Assembly (NCBI RefSeq): GCF_001194135.2
Contig: NC_068990.1
Location: 50,288,614-50,338,747 of the forward strand
Origin: Octopus bimaculoides
Taxonomy: Eukaryota
Length of the DNA: 50,134 nt
Direction: 5' to 3'
The position numbers were made by a program, and so were the translations under genes. Positions 38,928 through 50,134 of this stretch are shown in pieces. The notes under the pieces are model-generated. The model had not been told where the DNA came from. It did no database searches and saw nothing but the letters and a program-made list of their open reading frames with translations. The first letter of the stretch is position 1, and each line of letters opens with the position of its first letter.

Positions 38928-39125
38928 TCATCATTTAACATCCATTTTCCATACTGGTATGAGCTGGGTGGTTTGACACGATCCAGTGAGTCACAGAGTT
39001 GCATCATGCTCCATGTCAGTATTGGCATGATTTCTACAACTGGATACCCTTCCTAATGCCAACCACTTTACAGTGTGTACTGAGTACTTTTTCCGTACAA
39101 TCAGCATTAGCAAGGTTGCCAAATA
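38928..39125 (-). mobile_element. Isolated 3' tail of the PHD-RTE family
   Basis: atcatcatttaacatccattttccatactgg...cccttcctaatgccaaccac. Confidence 0.7.
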
Positions 39126-39310
39126 ACTTTCAAGACAAGAAAGAACAAAATCAGGGTAAAGGGGAAAAAATCTTGACTAAGTGGTGGGGGAGTATTTGAG
39201 GGGGTGGAGAGGTGGCTTTATTCCAGAGACAAGAAGAGGTGTCTCACTATAGAGGAGATACATAACAACCTCACATTAGGGAAAAAAAAATAAGATGGTG
39301 TGAGTATGCA

Positions 39311-39349
<39 letters not shown>

Positions 39350-39351
<2 letters not shown>

Positions 39352-39547
39352 TCGCCATGATAGATCGCTGACCAAAACATTCAATTTTTTTTTTTTTTCT
39401 CCGTGTTTTTCTCCTTGTTTTTCTCCTGTTGAAGAGCGTAGCTCGAAACGTTAAAGACTTTCTCTATTCCTGAGCGTTAAACTAATACATCCTTTTGTTG
39501 TTTACACCACCTGTCCTCCTCTGTTGTTGTTTTTTTCGTATATTCTC

Positions 39548-39550
<3 letters not shown>
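39350..39550. mobile_element. Possible Penelope-type pseudo-LTR fragment
   Basis: TGAAGAGCGTAGCTCGAAACGT motif, flanked by (TG)n and (TA)n. Assignment by motif recall only. Confidence 0.4.
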
Positions 39551-39583
<33 letters not shown>

Positions 39584-40432
39584 CAAAATAAGCAACAAGG
39601 ATATTCAAGGTTAATGCAGTATGATTGTTTCATGTGACTCCATTTATTTAAGCAATGTGAGCATTACATTAAATGTAAAATGCAGAGCAATCTTCAGCTG
39701 CACAAAGATACAGAAAATTTACTGAAATTTCATTTCAGTAGAAGGACATATTACTACTGTAACTACATTTAAACACTCCAAGTGGGAAGGAAGAATACAA
39801 AAAACCATTTTGACTTAGCCAGACCAAACAGGCAAGAATACAGATTCACCTTGAATCTATATATATATATATGCATGCACAAGAATGGTTGGTATATTAA
39901 AATCTACGAGGAAGTACTATGATGCATCTTTGTAAACTTCTTTTTACTAATGACTCAGCCCTAGTGGCTCAATCCCTAGAAGATATCTTGAAAATTACAT
40001 ACAACTAGTTCAATACCCATCACTATGCTGCCAGATAAAAAATATTCTTACATCATGCATGTACCCTCATAAATTGGGCAAATAATGTTTAGATTGACTT
40101 TCTTGATGAACATTAGTAACAGTTTGAATGCTATTGAACAATAACATTTATTTAGAATATTTTTCTTCATATTCTACAAAATAAGTATATTCATTGAAGA
40201 ATATCTCATACTATAACTTCATGATAAACAACATCAAAGTTCTTTTACCTAAAAAAAATTATGTCACAGATCTCTTGCCTTATGTACTCTAGTTGGCTGT
40301 GCATAGCAATAATAGGACCATTATTACTGAAACTATGTATAATGTGCTGCATACAACACAGGCAGTAGAGGTTATCTTCTCTTTTTCCTCCCCTTACCCT
40401 TCCCTCTACCTCTGAATTTTTCTCCTGAAATA

Positions 40433-43297
40433 CTACCGCAGCTCTGGGGGAACTTTAGAATGGTCCTCTGGAAAGCTGTCCTTGATTGCATCCATGAATT
40501 TGGTCATGCTTGGGTCGCTGGTATTAGCAGTGCGGATCATGTCCCATGTGCCAGATTGAACAATCTTGGTAACTGGTGAAATGTAGTCATTGTGAGAGCA
40601 TGTGATAGTGTTGTCACCTCTGATAGAGTGAATGGTTGCTAGGAAAGAATGTGGCAGAGATGGGTGGCTGAGCAGCTCAGTTGGATGGGTCATGGCAACA
40701 ACATCATCTGGGAGGTCTGGTGGTGTGAGCTGTCCAACAGGGTAGCATGAGACAGCATCAGCTGCTGCATGGCGAGCGCCTGGTACATGAACGATGCTGA
40801 AGTTATACCATAGGGTTTTTTCTTTCAGGTTGCGCAGTCAAGAGTTTGGGATGTCATCCAGGCAGTGATCACCAAATACTTTCAAGAGGCTTGTGGTCAA
40901 CTGTGACAATGAGATTGGCGCAGCCAAGAGTGAAGTAGCATGCTTTGGGAAATGCAATGGTAACTGCCAGTGCTTCACCCACCACTGGTGTGTAATGAGA
41001 TTCTGAGGCTGAAGTGGCTTCCAACCAGAGTGATTTTCCAGCCAGATTTGCAGCAAAAGGGGTGGGGGGAAGGCATACGCAATGATTTAGGAACAACCAG
41101 AAGCCAATGCTATCTTTGCTCCAGTCAGTGACAAGGCAAGCTAGCTTGGTTTTGTTGAAGATCTCTACACCACTTTGGATCTTTTTGATGGTGATTGATT
41201 TCGATTCCTCAAAGAGCCTATTCAACTGGTCTGTTGATACAAACTGGGTGCCTGGCTTGAAGAGTTCCTGGAATAGCAACATTCGTTTGGCAGAAGCAAA
41301 TTCATAGGAGACTTGGTTGATCAGACGAAACCAGCTGCAGATATCAGTGATGTTCTTAGGGGTGAGAAAGTCACAGATTGCCTCAAGATATCAGGCACAG
41401 TGTTGCACTGTGGTAGGGTGATCTCAAACCCAGCAAATTTGATGGTAGTTTGGGGCAAAGTCAAAGTTAGTGGGATTCAAAATGATGCCATTGGACAGCC
41501 TGAATGACATCAAGGTGTCATTGATGCACTTCATTTTCCGGTGGATGCTTGAGATAATCTCATCAAACTGTCGGCTGTAGCTGTCCCCTGAAGCAATGTA
41601 TCCCTGTGGTGCAATGCAATAGTGGAAACAGCTCCAGGGCATGATGAAGGTGGTTAGGTGAAAGTTCCTCTCATCAAGGGCGATGCTATGATAGTCGTTC
41701 CAAGCAGTGAAGACAGTTTTTTGGGTGTGGTGTGGTACAGAGCTGGCTTGGTGGAATGGGGATTGTGTGTGATGTGTCTCGTGGACCACATGTTGGTTGA
41801 GGGGTTGTAGATCCACAGTTCATTGAGGTTTTCCAGACTTGGGGCATATCACCATTCTGTGGCATCAGGTGACAGGTGTACCAATGGGGATAGACTCGAT
41901 AATTTGAACATCACAATTGAGATCTGCTTTCACTTCCTCTTGTCAATGAACTGGGCCTGGTATGGGCGTATGGTGGGTGACTGGCTTAGCATCAGGATCC
42001 ACCATCAAGCGGATCGGTGGGCCGGATATCTTGGAGAGTTGCTGATGTTCACAGATGTTGAATATGCTGGAGCTGTAGAGTTCTAACAGCCACTTCTCCA
42101 GGCAACCACGGTTCTCCTCAGTGGCTGGGAATGGTGGTGAAGTGGGAGAGGGTGTTTGTCGTAGGGGGCAGCTGCATACATTTTGAGTCACTGTAGCAGG
42201 AGATGATTCCAGTGGGGTGCCAACATTCCCACAGCTTTCTCCAATCATGGGGAAGTAGGGAGAAATCATCCTGAGGGTGACACAGGCTTGCTTGGAGAGG
42301 GAAATTTTGTCAGATGAAGGAGTGATGTAGACAATTTGACAGGTAGTGCACTTCGCAGAGGATGGGGCAGTCTCAGATATGCGTAGGATTAGAGCATCGA
42401 TAATATCTATGGGGATGTTGTTAGCGACAGTCATTTTCATGTTGACCAGTATAAGGTGGGGCTGGTCAAGGCCCAGTTTGGATAAGGGACTCATCCCAGT
42501 CAGGCATGGGTGGCATCCAGTGTCTGTCATAGTATTGTGACGGATAACTGCAGTCGGTCATGAAAGAGAAGTGGGGAAGCCCAATGCCTTCATGTCAGCT
42601 GGGTCAGCTTGAATGAAGGTAGTGACAAAGGGATGAGGATCAGAAGAGCATTTCACCCAGGCATCACATCACAGAGTTCATTATACACGTGGTGGTCAAG
42701 AATTATTGCTTCCATAGAGGATTCATCAGGAAGGTTGACCACAAGGCATAGGCTGTTGAATATTGCAGATGTGTGGTCTTCCGTGTCAGTTGCATTGGTT
42801 TGAGCCTGTCGCTAGGGACGACATTGTCAGTGACAGACACTCTCATAGTAGTGCAGATTACCACATGTAGTGCACTTGTGGTTGTAGGCGGGGCATTTCC
42901 TGATGTGTTCTTGTACGTGATATCTGTGGCTATGTTCTCTACAGTAACTTCAGGGGGTAGGGGCAGGTATATCACAGGGTTCACCAGATTTATTGACCAG
43001 ATAGTGCTGCACCTGGCACCTATATGAGCTAGAGGCCACAGTGTTTGAGGTGCTGCTGTGCTCTATGAGTCAGCTGGCTGAGCATTTTCTGCTTTCTTTT
43101 GCTTCGACATACCTCAGGGCTTCTACTAGGGTCATGTCTTGCTTGGAGTCACCCAGGATGTCAAAGTGGATCTCCTCGTACTCCAACCCATGTGCAAGAG
43201 CATCGTGGACTATGACATTGCTGTAATCAATCGTGGCATGGCAGGCCTCCAAGTTGCAGACACCTACCTGCCCTCGAAGACATGCAGTGAAAGACAT
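40433..43297 (-). mobile_element. Ty3/Gypsy (Mag-like) LTR retrotransposon internal region, decayed
   Basis: Gag (LVEALRYVEAKE); protease (TDTGC); RT (VDLQPLN..ETHHTQSPFHQA, WNDYHS, APQGYIASGDSY); RNase H (LVTDWSKDSIGF, ESHYTPVVGEALAV, VDHKPL); integrase start. No LTRs found. Confidence 0.9.
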
Positions 43298-43484
43298 ACA
43301 TTATTCGTTTCATCTTTACTTTCACATTTCAGGTATATTGAGGACCTTTTTTGTCAGTGCTTCAATCTACGTAAATAGAGTGTTGGTGAAAGCAAAGAGT
43401 TGTCAGACTTATTAATGACAAAAAGGGGTCCTCGGTATACCTGAAATGTGAAAGAAAAGATGATGGATAATGAAACAAATAATG
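43298..43484. repeat. Long imperfect inverted repeat (foldback/MITE-like)
   Basis: Arm atctttactttcacatttcaggtatattgaggacc pairs with ggtcctcggtatacctgaaatgtgaaagaaaagat; ~60-nt loop. Confidence 0.8.
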
Positions 43485-43708
43485 GATGGTAAATCAAATG
43501 TACTGTAATAAATGATATGTGCATTTAGTTATAGTACTCTAATAATTATATATCTTTGAAGACTTGTTAGTTACTATGGCAACAAGACTATTTATCATTC
43601 ACACACACACTCTCACTCTCTCACTGTATTTCCCTCTCAATAACAACTTTTTCTCTCCTAATAGATGTTGTGATGGAGACAAACTATAGTGACAACACTG
43701 TCTCCCCC

Positions 43709-43745
<37 letters not shown>

Positions 43746-43799
43746 CACACACACATTCTATTTCTCTCTCAACAACTTTTTTCTTGGCAAGACCTCATC

Positions 43800-44165
43800 A
43801 CCAACCTAGCATGTGTAAATATGCCTTATGCCAAGTCTGTTTTGCATGAATTGCAGTTATACTAAATGGGATGCACAATCTGTATCAATGACACTAGGAT
43901 CCCCAAGGCTGTGCTCTACAGCTAACTGAAATGTAGAGGCACTCCAAGAGAATGTCCAGAACTGTGATAAAAATGTCATAAAACAGCATCTTAATGAATC
44001 AGGTGATCTGATTNNNNNNNNNNNNNNNNNNNNNNNNNNNNNNNNNNNNNNNNNNNNNNNNNNNNNNNNNNNNNNNNNNNNNNNNNNNNNNNNNNNNNNN
44101 TGTGATTACATGGGAGAAGACGGCAAATGATAGCAAACAATGGCAAAAAGCTATAAAAGAAAGAA
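43800..44165 (+). mobile_element. RTE LINE 3' coding fragment across a gap
   Basis: NDTRIPKAVLYS*L, and after the gap ITWEKTAND..W. Confidence 0.5.
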
Positions 44166-44197
44166 CAGGGTGTTGCAATCAAATTGTCTGAAACAAA

Positions 44198-44246
<49 letters not shown>

Positions 44247-44249
44247 GTC

Positions 44250-44432
44250 GTCGTCGTCGTCGTCGTTTAACGTCCGTTTTTCATGCTAACATGGGTTGGA
44301 CAGTTCAACCGGGATCTGGGAAGCCAGGAGGTTGCCCCAGGCTCCAGTCTGATCTGGCAGTGCTTCTACAGCTAGATGCCCTTCCTTACGCCAACCACTT
44401 TGTGAGTGTAGTGGTGCTTTTTACGTGCCACC
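44250..44432 (-). mobile_element. Isolated 3' tail of the PHD-RTE family
   Basis: Reverse complement of 45945-46130; tail (GTC)n then (AAT)n on plus. Confidence 0.85.
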
Positions 44433-45178
44433 GGCACAGAGTTTTATGTGCCAAAAATGAGAAAAGATCCTCAACACCAAGTCTACCAACAATATTCTGT
44501 AATGCTTGCAGTCAGTGTTGTGCAAATATCTTTGGTCATGAAAGAGGAAAACAACACTGAAGACAAGAAAAAGAAAAGAAAAAAACGAAATTCTTTCCTG
44601 CTACCATGCCATGCTTAATCATAAATGACAACTAAGAAAGAAGAAACTATTGGTTGCTTCTTGCTTCAAGCTTTGAAAAATAGCTTAACTTGTTTTTAAG
44701 AAAATTTTTCATCTTAAGTAATAAGTGCTTTTTTATTCTTTTAAAAGCAAATAGGTAGTACATAGCTTATTTTTTATAGTTTAATGATGATTGATTTATG
44801 TGATATTTTCTACATATCACATTAAAGGCTTTTATAGTATTGTTTCTTTCAGTTATCTTCATCATAATTAATATAGACAATAAATTTTATTTTTGTCTGG
44901 CTTGTCTAAAACATGTCCTTATACTTGTGAAGCATGCTGTCCTAATGGCATTTTTGATGAAAAATGTAGTAATACAATGGTTAGCCATCAATATATAGAC
45001 TACGTGTCATCAATATATATTTAATAAGCTATATGTATTTGTATGTACATTTATTTTACTATTAATTATTCTACTTCATGTATTCCACTAATTCTTTTTA
45101 TATTCAATTTATTGAGAGATATCATGTAATCAACTTTAGCCTGCTTATTATGCTGCATGCATGTATGTCTTGCTTTAA

Positions 45179-46840
45179 CCCTTTAGTGTTCAGATTAATC
45201 TGTTAAATGTAATGCTTATTTGTTCACATTATTTTGAATTATTCAGGTTCAAGAGGAGTGTCCACAATATTTGCTTGTGCACTTTGCAAAAACAAACACA
45301 TATACGAGATCTTGACCTGATATCCTTTGGCAATTTTTCTTTTTTGCAGCGAACACAGTCTGCAAACTTTTTTCCTTCAATTTATTTTTTCCACTTTATG
45401 GAAGTCAATATTTTCTCTGTTGATATCCACCTCAGTTAATTTTGCTTTTCTCCCAGTTCTGTGCTTTCTGGAAGAAAAGCCCTCACGTAACTGAGATGCA
45501 ATGTCAACCCGAAATTTCAAGTGGTTGTGGTCCTTTAGTGGCATAGGTACTTTGTGACTTTTTACATAAACAATACTACCTGATTAGCACTCATGCCAGT
45601 GGAACGTTAAAAGCACATCCGAATGTGGGGTGTAACCGGCCCACTTATGAGTACTCCTCATTCATTGGACAATGAACTTTGCTTGCGAAGACCTATTGAG
45701 GCAAGTGTAAACAAATCAAAATCTGACAGTACAGTATAGCCTGATTGGCACTCATGCCAGTGGAATGTTAAAACACATCTGAGCGTGATCGTTGCCAGCG
45801 TCGCCTTACTAGCACATGAGCCGGTGGTATGTGAAAAACAACATTCGAGCGTGGTTGTTGCCAGTGCCGCCAGACTAGCTCCTGTGCAGGTAGTACATAA
45901 AAAGCACCTTTTGAGCGTGGTCATTGCAAGAACCGCCTGACTGGCCCTCGTGCCGGTGGCACGTAAAAGCACCCACTACACTCTCAGAATTGTTGGCATT
46001 AGGAAGGGCATCCAGCTGTAGAAACTTTGCCAGATCAGATTTCGCCTGGTGCAGCCTCTCGCTCACCAGTCCTCAGTCAAACCGTCCAACCCATGCCAGC
46101 ATGGAAAGCGGACATTAAACGATGATGATGAATATATGAATTAACTATAGTTAGACATAATGCTGGAGATATATGGATCACCAAACCTTATATCAGGATT
46201 CCAGTAGTTCCACAGTTGACGAAGCTGCTTGATACCAAACGTAATGTTTATAGTAAAAAAAGCTTGCATTTCTGCAGTGTCATTTGGCTGCCATAGTGGA
46301 TCAGGTCTTCCAACAACAGAAATTATGCGTTGAGCATTTGTTTCCTCTGCGACATTTTCAAAAAAAATTTCCGGTAAAAATAAAAATAAATAGTCCACTG
46401 GTTGAGCATTGGGTGGTAGACTGTATTGTGGACTAGTCTTATCTGTGAAATCGGGAATTGTGGTTGATGTAGTAATCTTCAGCTATGTTGCCGTAATGTT
46501 TTCAATATCATTTTTATCACTTTCATTATAAAAATCTTCCTAATCCAATGAAGATTCATAAACGTCAGTATGATTTATGCAAAGATAAATCACTGTTGTT
46601 TTCGTTTAAATTTTGTACATCATCAAGAGTAAAACCTTCGAAGTCAGAATCACTACTTGCTGACATCATATCATTAAGCTTTATCTTGCATTATCTCAAA
46701 GCTACAAGAATTCAATAATGTAATTTGTTTACTTTTTTAGCAATTTCGTAGAGAAATCAGATACGACCAGATTTGGCTGGTTCAAACTAATAGAGGGGAA
46801 TAATTTTCAGCTGGTTATGACCGGTCTAAACACTAAAGGG
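45179..46840 (-). mobile_element. piggyBac transposon relic with both TIRs, catalytic core missing
   Basis: TTAA at 45175-45178 and 46841-46844; TIRs CCCTTTAGTGTTCAGA / CCCTTTAGTGTTTAGA. N-terminus MMSASSDSDFEGF...PVDYLFLFLPE...EETNA...EMQAFF...FGI...YW...IMS (46669-46140). C-terminus HLKFRVDIASQL...KKVCRLC...SYMC (45578-45290). Confidence 0.9.
45581..46130 (+). mobile_element. PHD-RTE 3' UTR fragment inside the piggyBac
   Basis: Matches 35990-36650 including the tandem array and (GAT)n tail. Confidence 0.9.
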
Positions 46841-47814
46841 TTAAGCAGAACAAAAAACAAAAAATTTGTAATTAAAAATTCAGGTTAATATGTGTCGGTA
46901 CCTCCTTATGTCTACATAGGTAAAACTGTTCTTCAGAGACTTTTGTAGTGAATGTAAATAATAATGCTTATTATATACATTTAAAGCTTTTTCTTCAAAT
47001 GAAATGTGTTGTAAATGCAGAGCTTTTGCATAAACTAAACCTACTGTCTCTTGAAAACCTTTAGAAAATGTATGTAACTGTTTTGTAATATCATGTACCC
47101 ATGTGTAAATATGCATATATTTAAGCAGTTTTGAATACAACATTTGTAAAATTAGGTAGAGCATTTATTATAGAAAATAACATAAGGTAAAATAATGAGT
47201 TAATCATTGACTACAACACATTGTACATATTAAAAGTAATCAGATCTGTATAATATTTGGGGAGTGATAAATATAATTTCCTTATTTACAAGTTATTTTT
47301 GCGTTTTTGTGTACATCATCATACTGTCACTAGCAACTTTCATGTCAATGATTCCTCCAACTGGAAAAATTGAATATTTATATATACAAACCAAAATGTA
47401 ATTATCACAAAGTTTAGTAAAACATCAGCTATCATTATTTATGGCTTAGGTACTCTAGTACTTTTATATTTGTTGAATTGGTAATTTATAATCTTTTTTG
47501 TCATTCTGAAGATATCATATCCTTAGTCAATATGTCATGAATTTCCAATTTGAACAGTGGTCATACCATCCTTGTTGCTATCACAACAAAGATGGACTAC
47601 TTTATAGGTCAAGTTTATAGATCAAATGATTAAGTCACAGCTCTCTTGTTAGTCCAAGTTAAATTTGATTTTGGATAGTAGTGATACTACATCAAATTTC
47701 TCTCTTATATTGATTTCTTCATTTAAATTCTTCATTTGCAAAAATTAAAGAAAGCATATACTGAAATACATGAAGTTTTTTAAAAAAACTGTCATCTAAA
47801 AAGATATTACTCAC

Positions 47815-47919
47815 TTGTTTTTCGGTTACCATAGCTCACAGCTTCTGCCAAAGGTGTCCAGCCTAAACAGTTTTTTATTCGGATTGGAGAACCATGATCT
47901 AACAGAAGCTTGATACATT
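47815..47919 (-). CDS. ANKRD13C: Internal coding exon (105 bp, phase 1-1) of an ANKRD13C-like ankyrin repeat protein
   Basis: Minus strand ...catctttacAG|aa tgt atc...aca a|GTgagt. Translates (E)CIKLLLDHGSPIRIKNCLGWTPLAEAVSYGNRKT, colinear with vertebrate ANKRD13C ECAHLLLAHNAPVKVKNAQGWSPLAEAISYGDRQM (recalled from memory). Not in the ORF track. Confidence 0.9.
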
Positions 47920-48229
47920 CTGTAAAGATGAAAATAAAACTGAAATAAACAAAAATACTCTAAAATTTATTGCTCACATCATGGGCTCCACAGTTCCACA
48001 GAGTAATTTTAAATTCAGTACGAAAAATACACATGTATACACTTACAGACACACATACAATACAGTAATGCCTCGCTTTATGATGACCTGCTTTATGGGA
48101 CCCCAGGTTTATGAGTGTTATTTTATAATCATCATCATCATCATCATCAATAATATTAATATGCCAATTTGTTCTTTTTGTATATACCTGGCATGTGTGT
48201 CACACTTACTTCAAAGAAATGAATAGCAA

Positions 48230-48595
48230 AGCGAGAGAGAGGAGGACAGAGAGGAAGTAAAAGAGAAAGAGGGAGAGTGAGAAAAAGTGAGAGAGAAAGA
48301 AGGAGTGACAGAGACAGTGAGTGGTGATGATGTCCATTTTGTGTTTTTAAATGTTTCAGAGAGGAAGAGAGAAAGAGAGAGAGTGGGAGAGAAAGACAGA
48401 GAGAGTGAGAGAGAAAGAGAGAATGAGAGAAAGAGAGAATGAAAGCCACAGTGAGTGATGATGGCGTTCGTTTTGTGTTTTTAAATGTTTCAGAGAAGAG
48501 AGAAAGAGTGACTAAGAGAGCGAAAGAATAAAGAGAGAGAGTGAAAGAGACAGTGAGTGATGATGGTGTTGGTTCTGTGTTTTTAAATGTTTATC
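48230..48595. repeat. GA-rich tract with three copies of a ~45-bp conserved unit
   Basis: ACAGTGAGTG..GATG...TTTTGTGTTTTTAAATGTTT at 48314, 48448, 48550. Confidence 0.85.
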
Positions 48596-48789
48596 ACATT
48601 GCAAGAAAAATAGATTCATAGATACAAGCACACATTGTTAAATTTAAAACGGGAGAGAGGAGGGACACAGATTAAATGAAAGAGAAAGAGAGAAAATGAG
48701 AGAGACAGTAGATACATAGACACATTGTTAAATAACTACAGCAAATATTGGATGTCACTTTCACTTTTCATTACCAGACGAGGAAAAAA

Positions 48790-48950
48790 TTGACTTGCAA
48801 GTGGCTGAGTACTCCACAGACACGCATACCATTAACGTAGTTCTCATGAAGATTCAGCTTCACACAGAATATGACAAGGCTGGCCCCTTTCAATTACAGA
48901 TACAACACATTTTGGACAGCTGAGTGGACTGGAGCAAGATAAACCTTCAA
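48790..48950 (-). mobile_element. Partial copy of the second SINE family
   Basis: gcaagtggctgagtactccacag...gacaaggctggcccctt matches 49325-49430. Confidence 0.65.
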
Positions 48951-49249
48951 GTGGTTGGAAGAAAACAAAAAAAAATCCAATATAGGGGCAGAAAGATCTT
49001 TTTAGTAGTTAGGGTCACTATGGGTGTTAATCCGGTCCTAAGAGCAGCATTTGTGGGTCTCACAGATCTGGAGCCCAAGCCCCCAGGTAAACACCAATGC
49101 ATAAGCTGTTGTTATCAAACTGAGCATGAGTCGAGGGCAAATACACAACAGAATAGCAATTATTTTGTCTTAGCTTTCACTGCTTATACTAAACACATGA
49201 CATTTTTACCTTACAATATGAAACATTTCCTTGTCTTTCACTCTTTTTA

Positions 49250-49565
49250 AAAAATGGCACCCCATCGATTATGATGACAAGGTTCCTGCTTATCTGATCA
49301 AGGAACAGTCTGCTCATAAAATTAATGTGCAAGTGGCTGAGTATTCCACAAACTTGTATACCATAACATAGTTCTCAGAGAGATTCAGCTTCACACAGAA
49401 TGTGACAAGGCTGGCCCTTTTGAATTACAGCTACAACTCATTTTTGTCAGCTGAGGTGAAGTAGAGTATCTTGCTCAAAAACACAGCGCACTGCAGGGAA
49501 TCCTACTCATGACTTTATGATCGTGGACTGAATACCCCTAAGCACTGAGCCATGCACCTTCACTC
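49250..49565 (-). mobile_element. Second tRNA-derived SINE family
   Basis: Minus head gtgaaggtgcatggctcagtgcttagg...gtgtttttgagcaagatactc; partial second copy at ~48790-48950. Confidence 0.65.
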
Positions 49566-50065
49566 TCTTAGAGAAAAGGAGTGAAGCGATAGAGACAGAG
49601 ACAGAAAAGTTTCAGTCATTCACAATGACAATTAGACTGAAATATGATTGATCTTTTCTAGCTTCTGTACTTTTAACAATGAAGAAGTGGGAAAGACATT
49701 TAGTAATGAATAGAGGGAAAGTCTTACACTTTTAGTCTGGGTGTTCTAGAACGATCGACTGTTAGTTCTCATTTTCTTTTCCCCACTCCTGATACTATTC
49801 GCCTTCTTTCATAGTCCTTCATATCTTTTAGTTGATGCGAAAAAAACCATGTCTTTTTTCAGGCTTGTTTAATGCTTCTTCTACAAACTACTAACAAGCC
49901 CTGCTCCCATCTTTTTTTTTTTTCATACAAAAACTAACGTAAATTTCCAACAGGGTATAGCTGCAAAAAGAGCCCAGAAAAATGGATAATACTCACAACA
50001 AAATAGGGGTGAGGGAGAAGAGTTGCCAACAGGTGGTTACATGAAATTCAACTCTGTACTTTAAA

Positions 50066-50134
50066 GAGTGTCTTCTACTATAGCCTCAGGTCAGCCAAAG
50101 CCTCATGAGTGAATTTGGTAGACAGAAACTGAAA
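50066..50134 (+). mobile_element. tRNA-derived SINE core, cut by the window end
   Basis: gtgtcttctactatagcctcagg...gtgaatttggtagacagaaactgaaa. Confidence 0.7.

Larger units (their letters stand above)
13105..47814 (-). other. GT-AG intron of the ANKRD13C-like gene, 34,710 bp
   Basis: Flanking exons join in phase and give an ungapped match GNRKT-I-KTLLHTLKQQ; contents are nearly all TE-derived. Confidence 0.8.

Noticed and set aside
46141-46669. Domesticated PGBD-like host gene
   Set aside because: Stops, missing catalytic core and intact TIR/TTAA ends indicate a transposon relic.

Overview
Eukaryotic, AT-rich, microsatellite-rich scaffold sequence with nine N gaps. The SINE/LINE/MITE families look like Octopus (coleoid cephalopod); this is recalled, not searched. 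The only host gene I can support is an ANKRD13C-like gene on the minus strand, seen as two in-frame exons (47815-47919 and 12973-13104) joined by a ~34.7 kb intron. The ORF track misses the first exon and buries the second. Almost everything else is transposon-derived: at least three RTE-clade LINE families (one carrying a PHD-like finger), a Penelope-like RT split by a full-length RTE, an R4/Dong-like fragment, a Mag-like Ty3/Gypsy body, a Tc1/mariner (maT-like) transposase, a piggyBac relic and its MITE, a hAT MITE, a Helitron RepHel fragment, non-autonomous Helitrons and a MITE carrying TTAGGG-type arrays, and tRNA-derived SINEs. Most ORFs in the track are artefacts of (CA)n/(TA)n repeats or N gaps. 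I see no clear new enzymatic system. The best leads are nested insertions with reconstructable junctions, telomere-repeat-carrying elements, a piggyBac-MITE link, hammerhead-like relics and a candidate poison exon. TE boundaries are approximate unless a junction is quoted.
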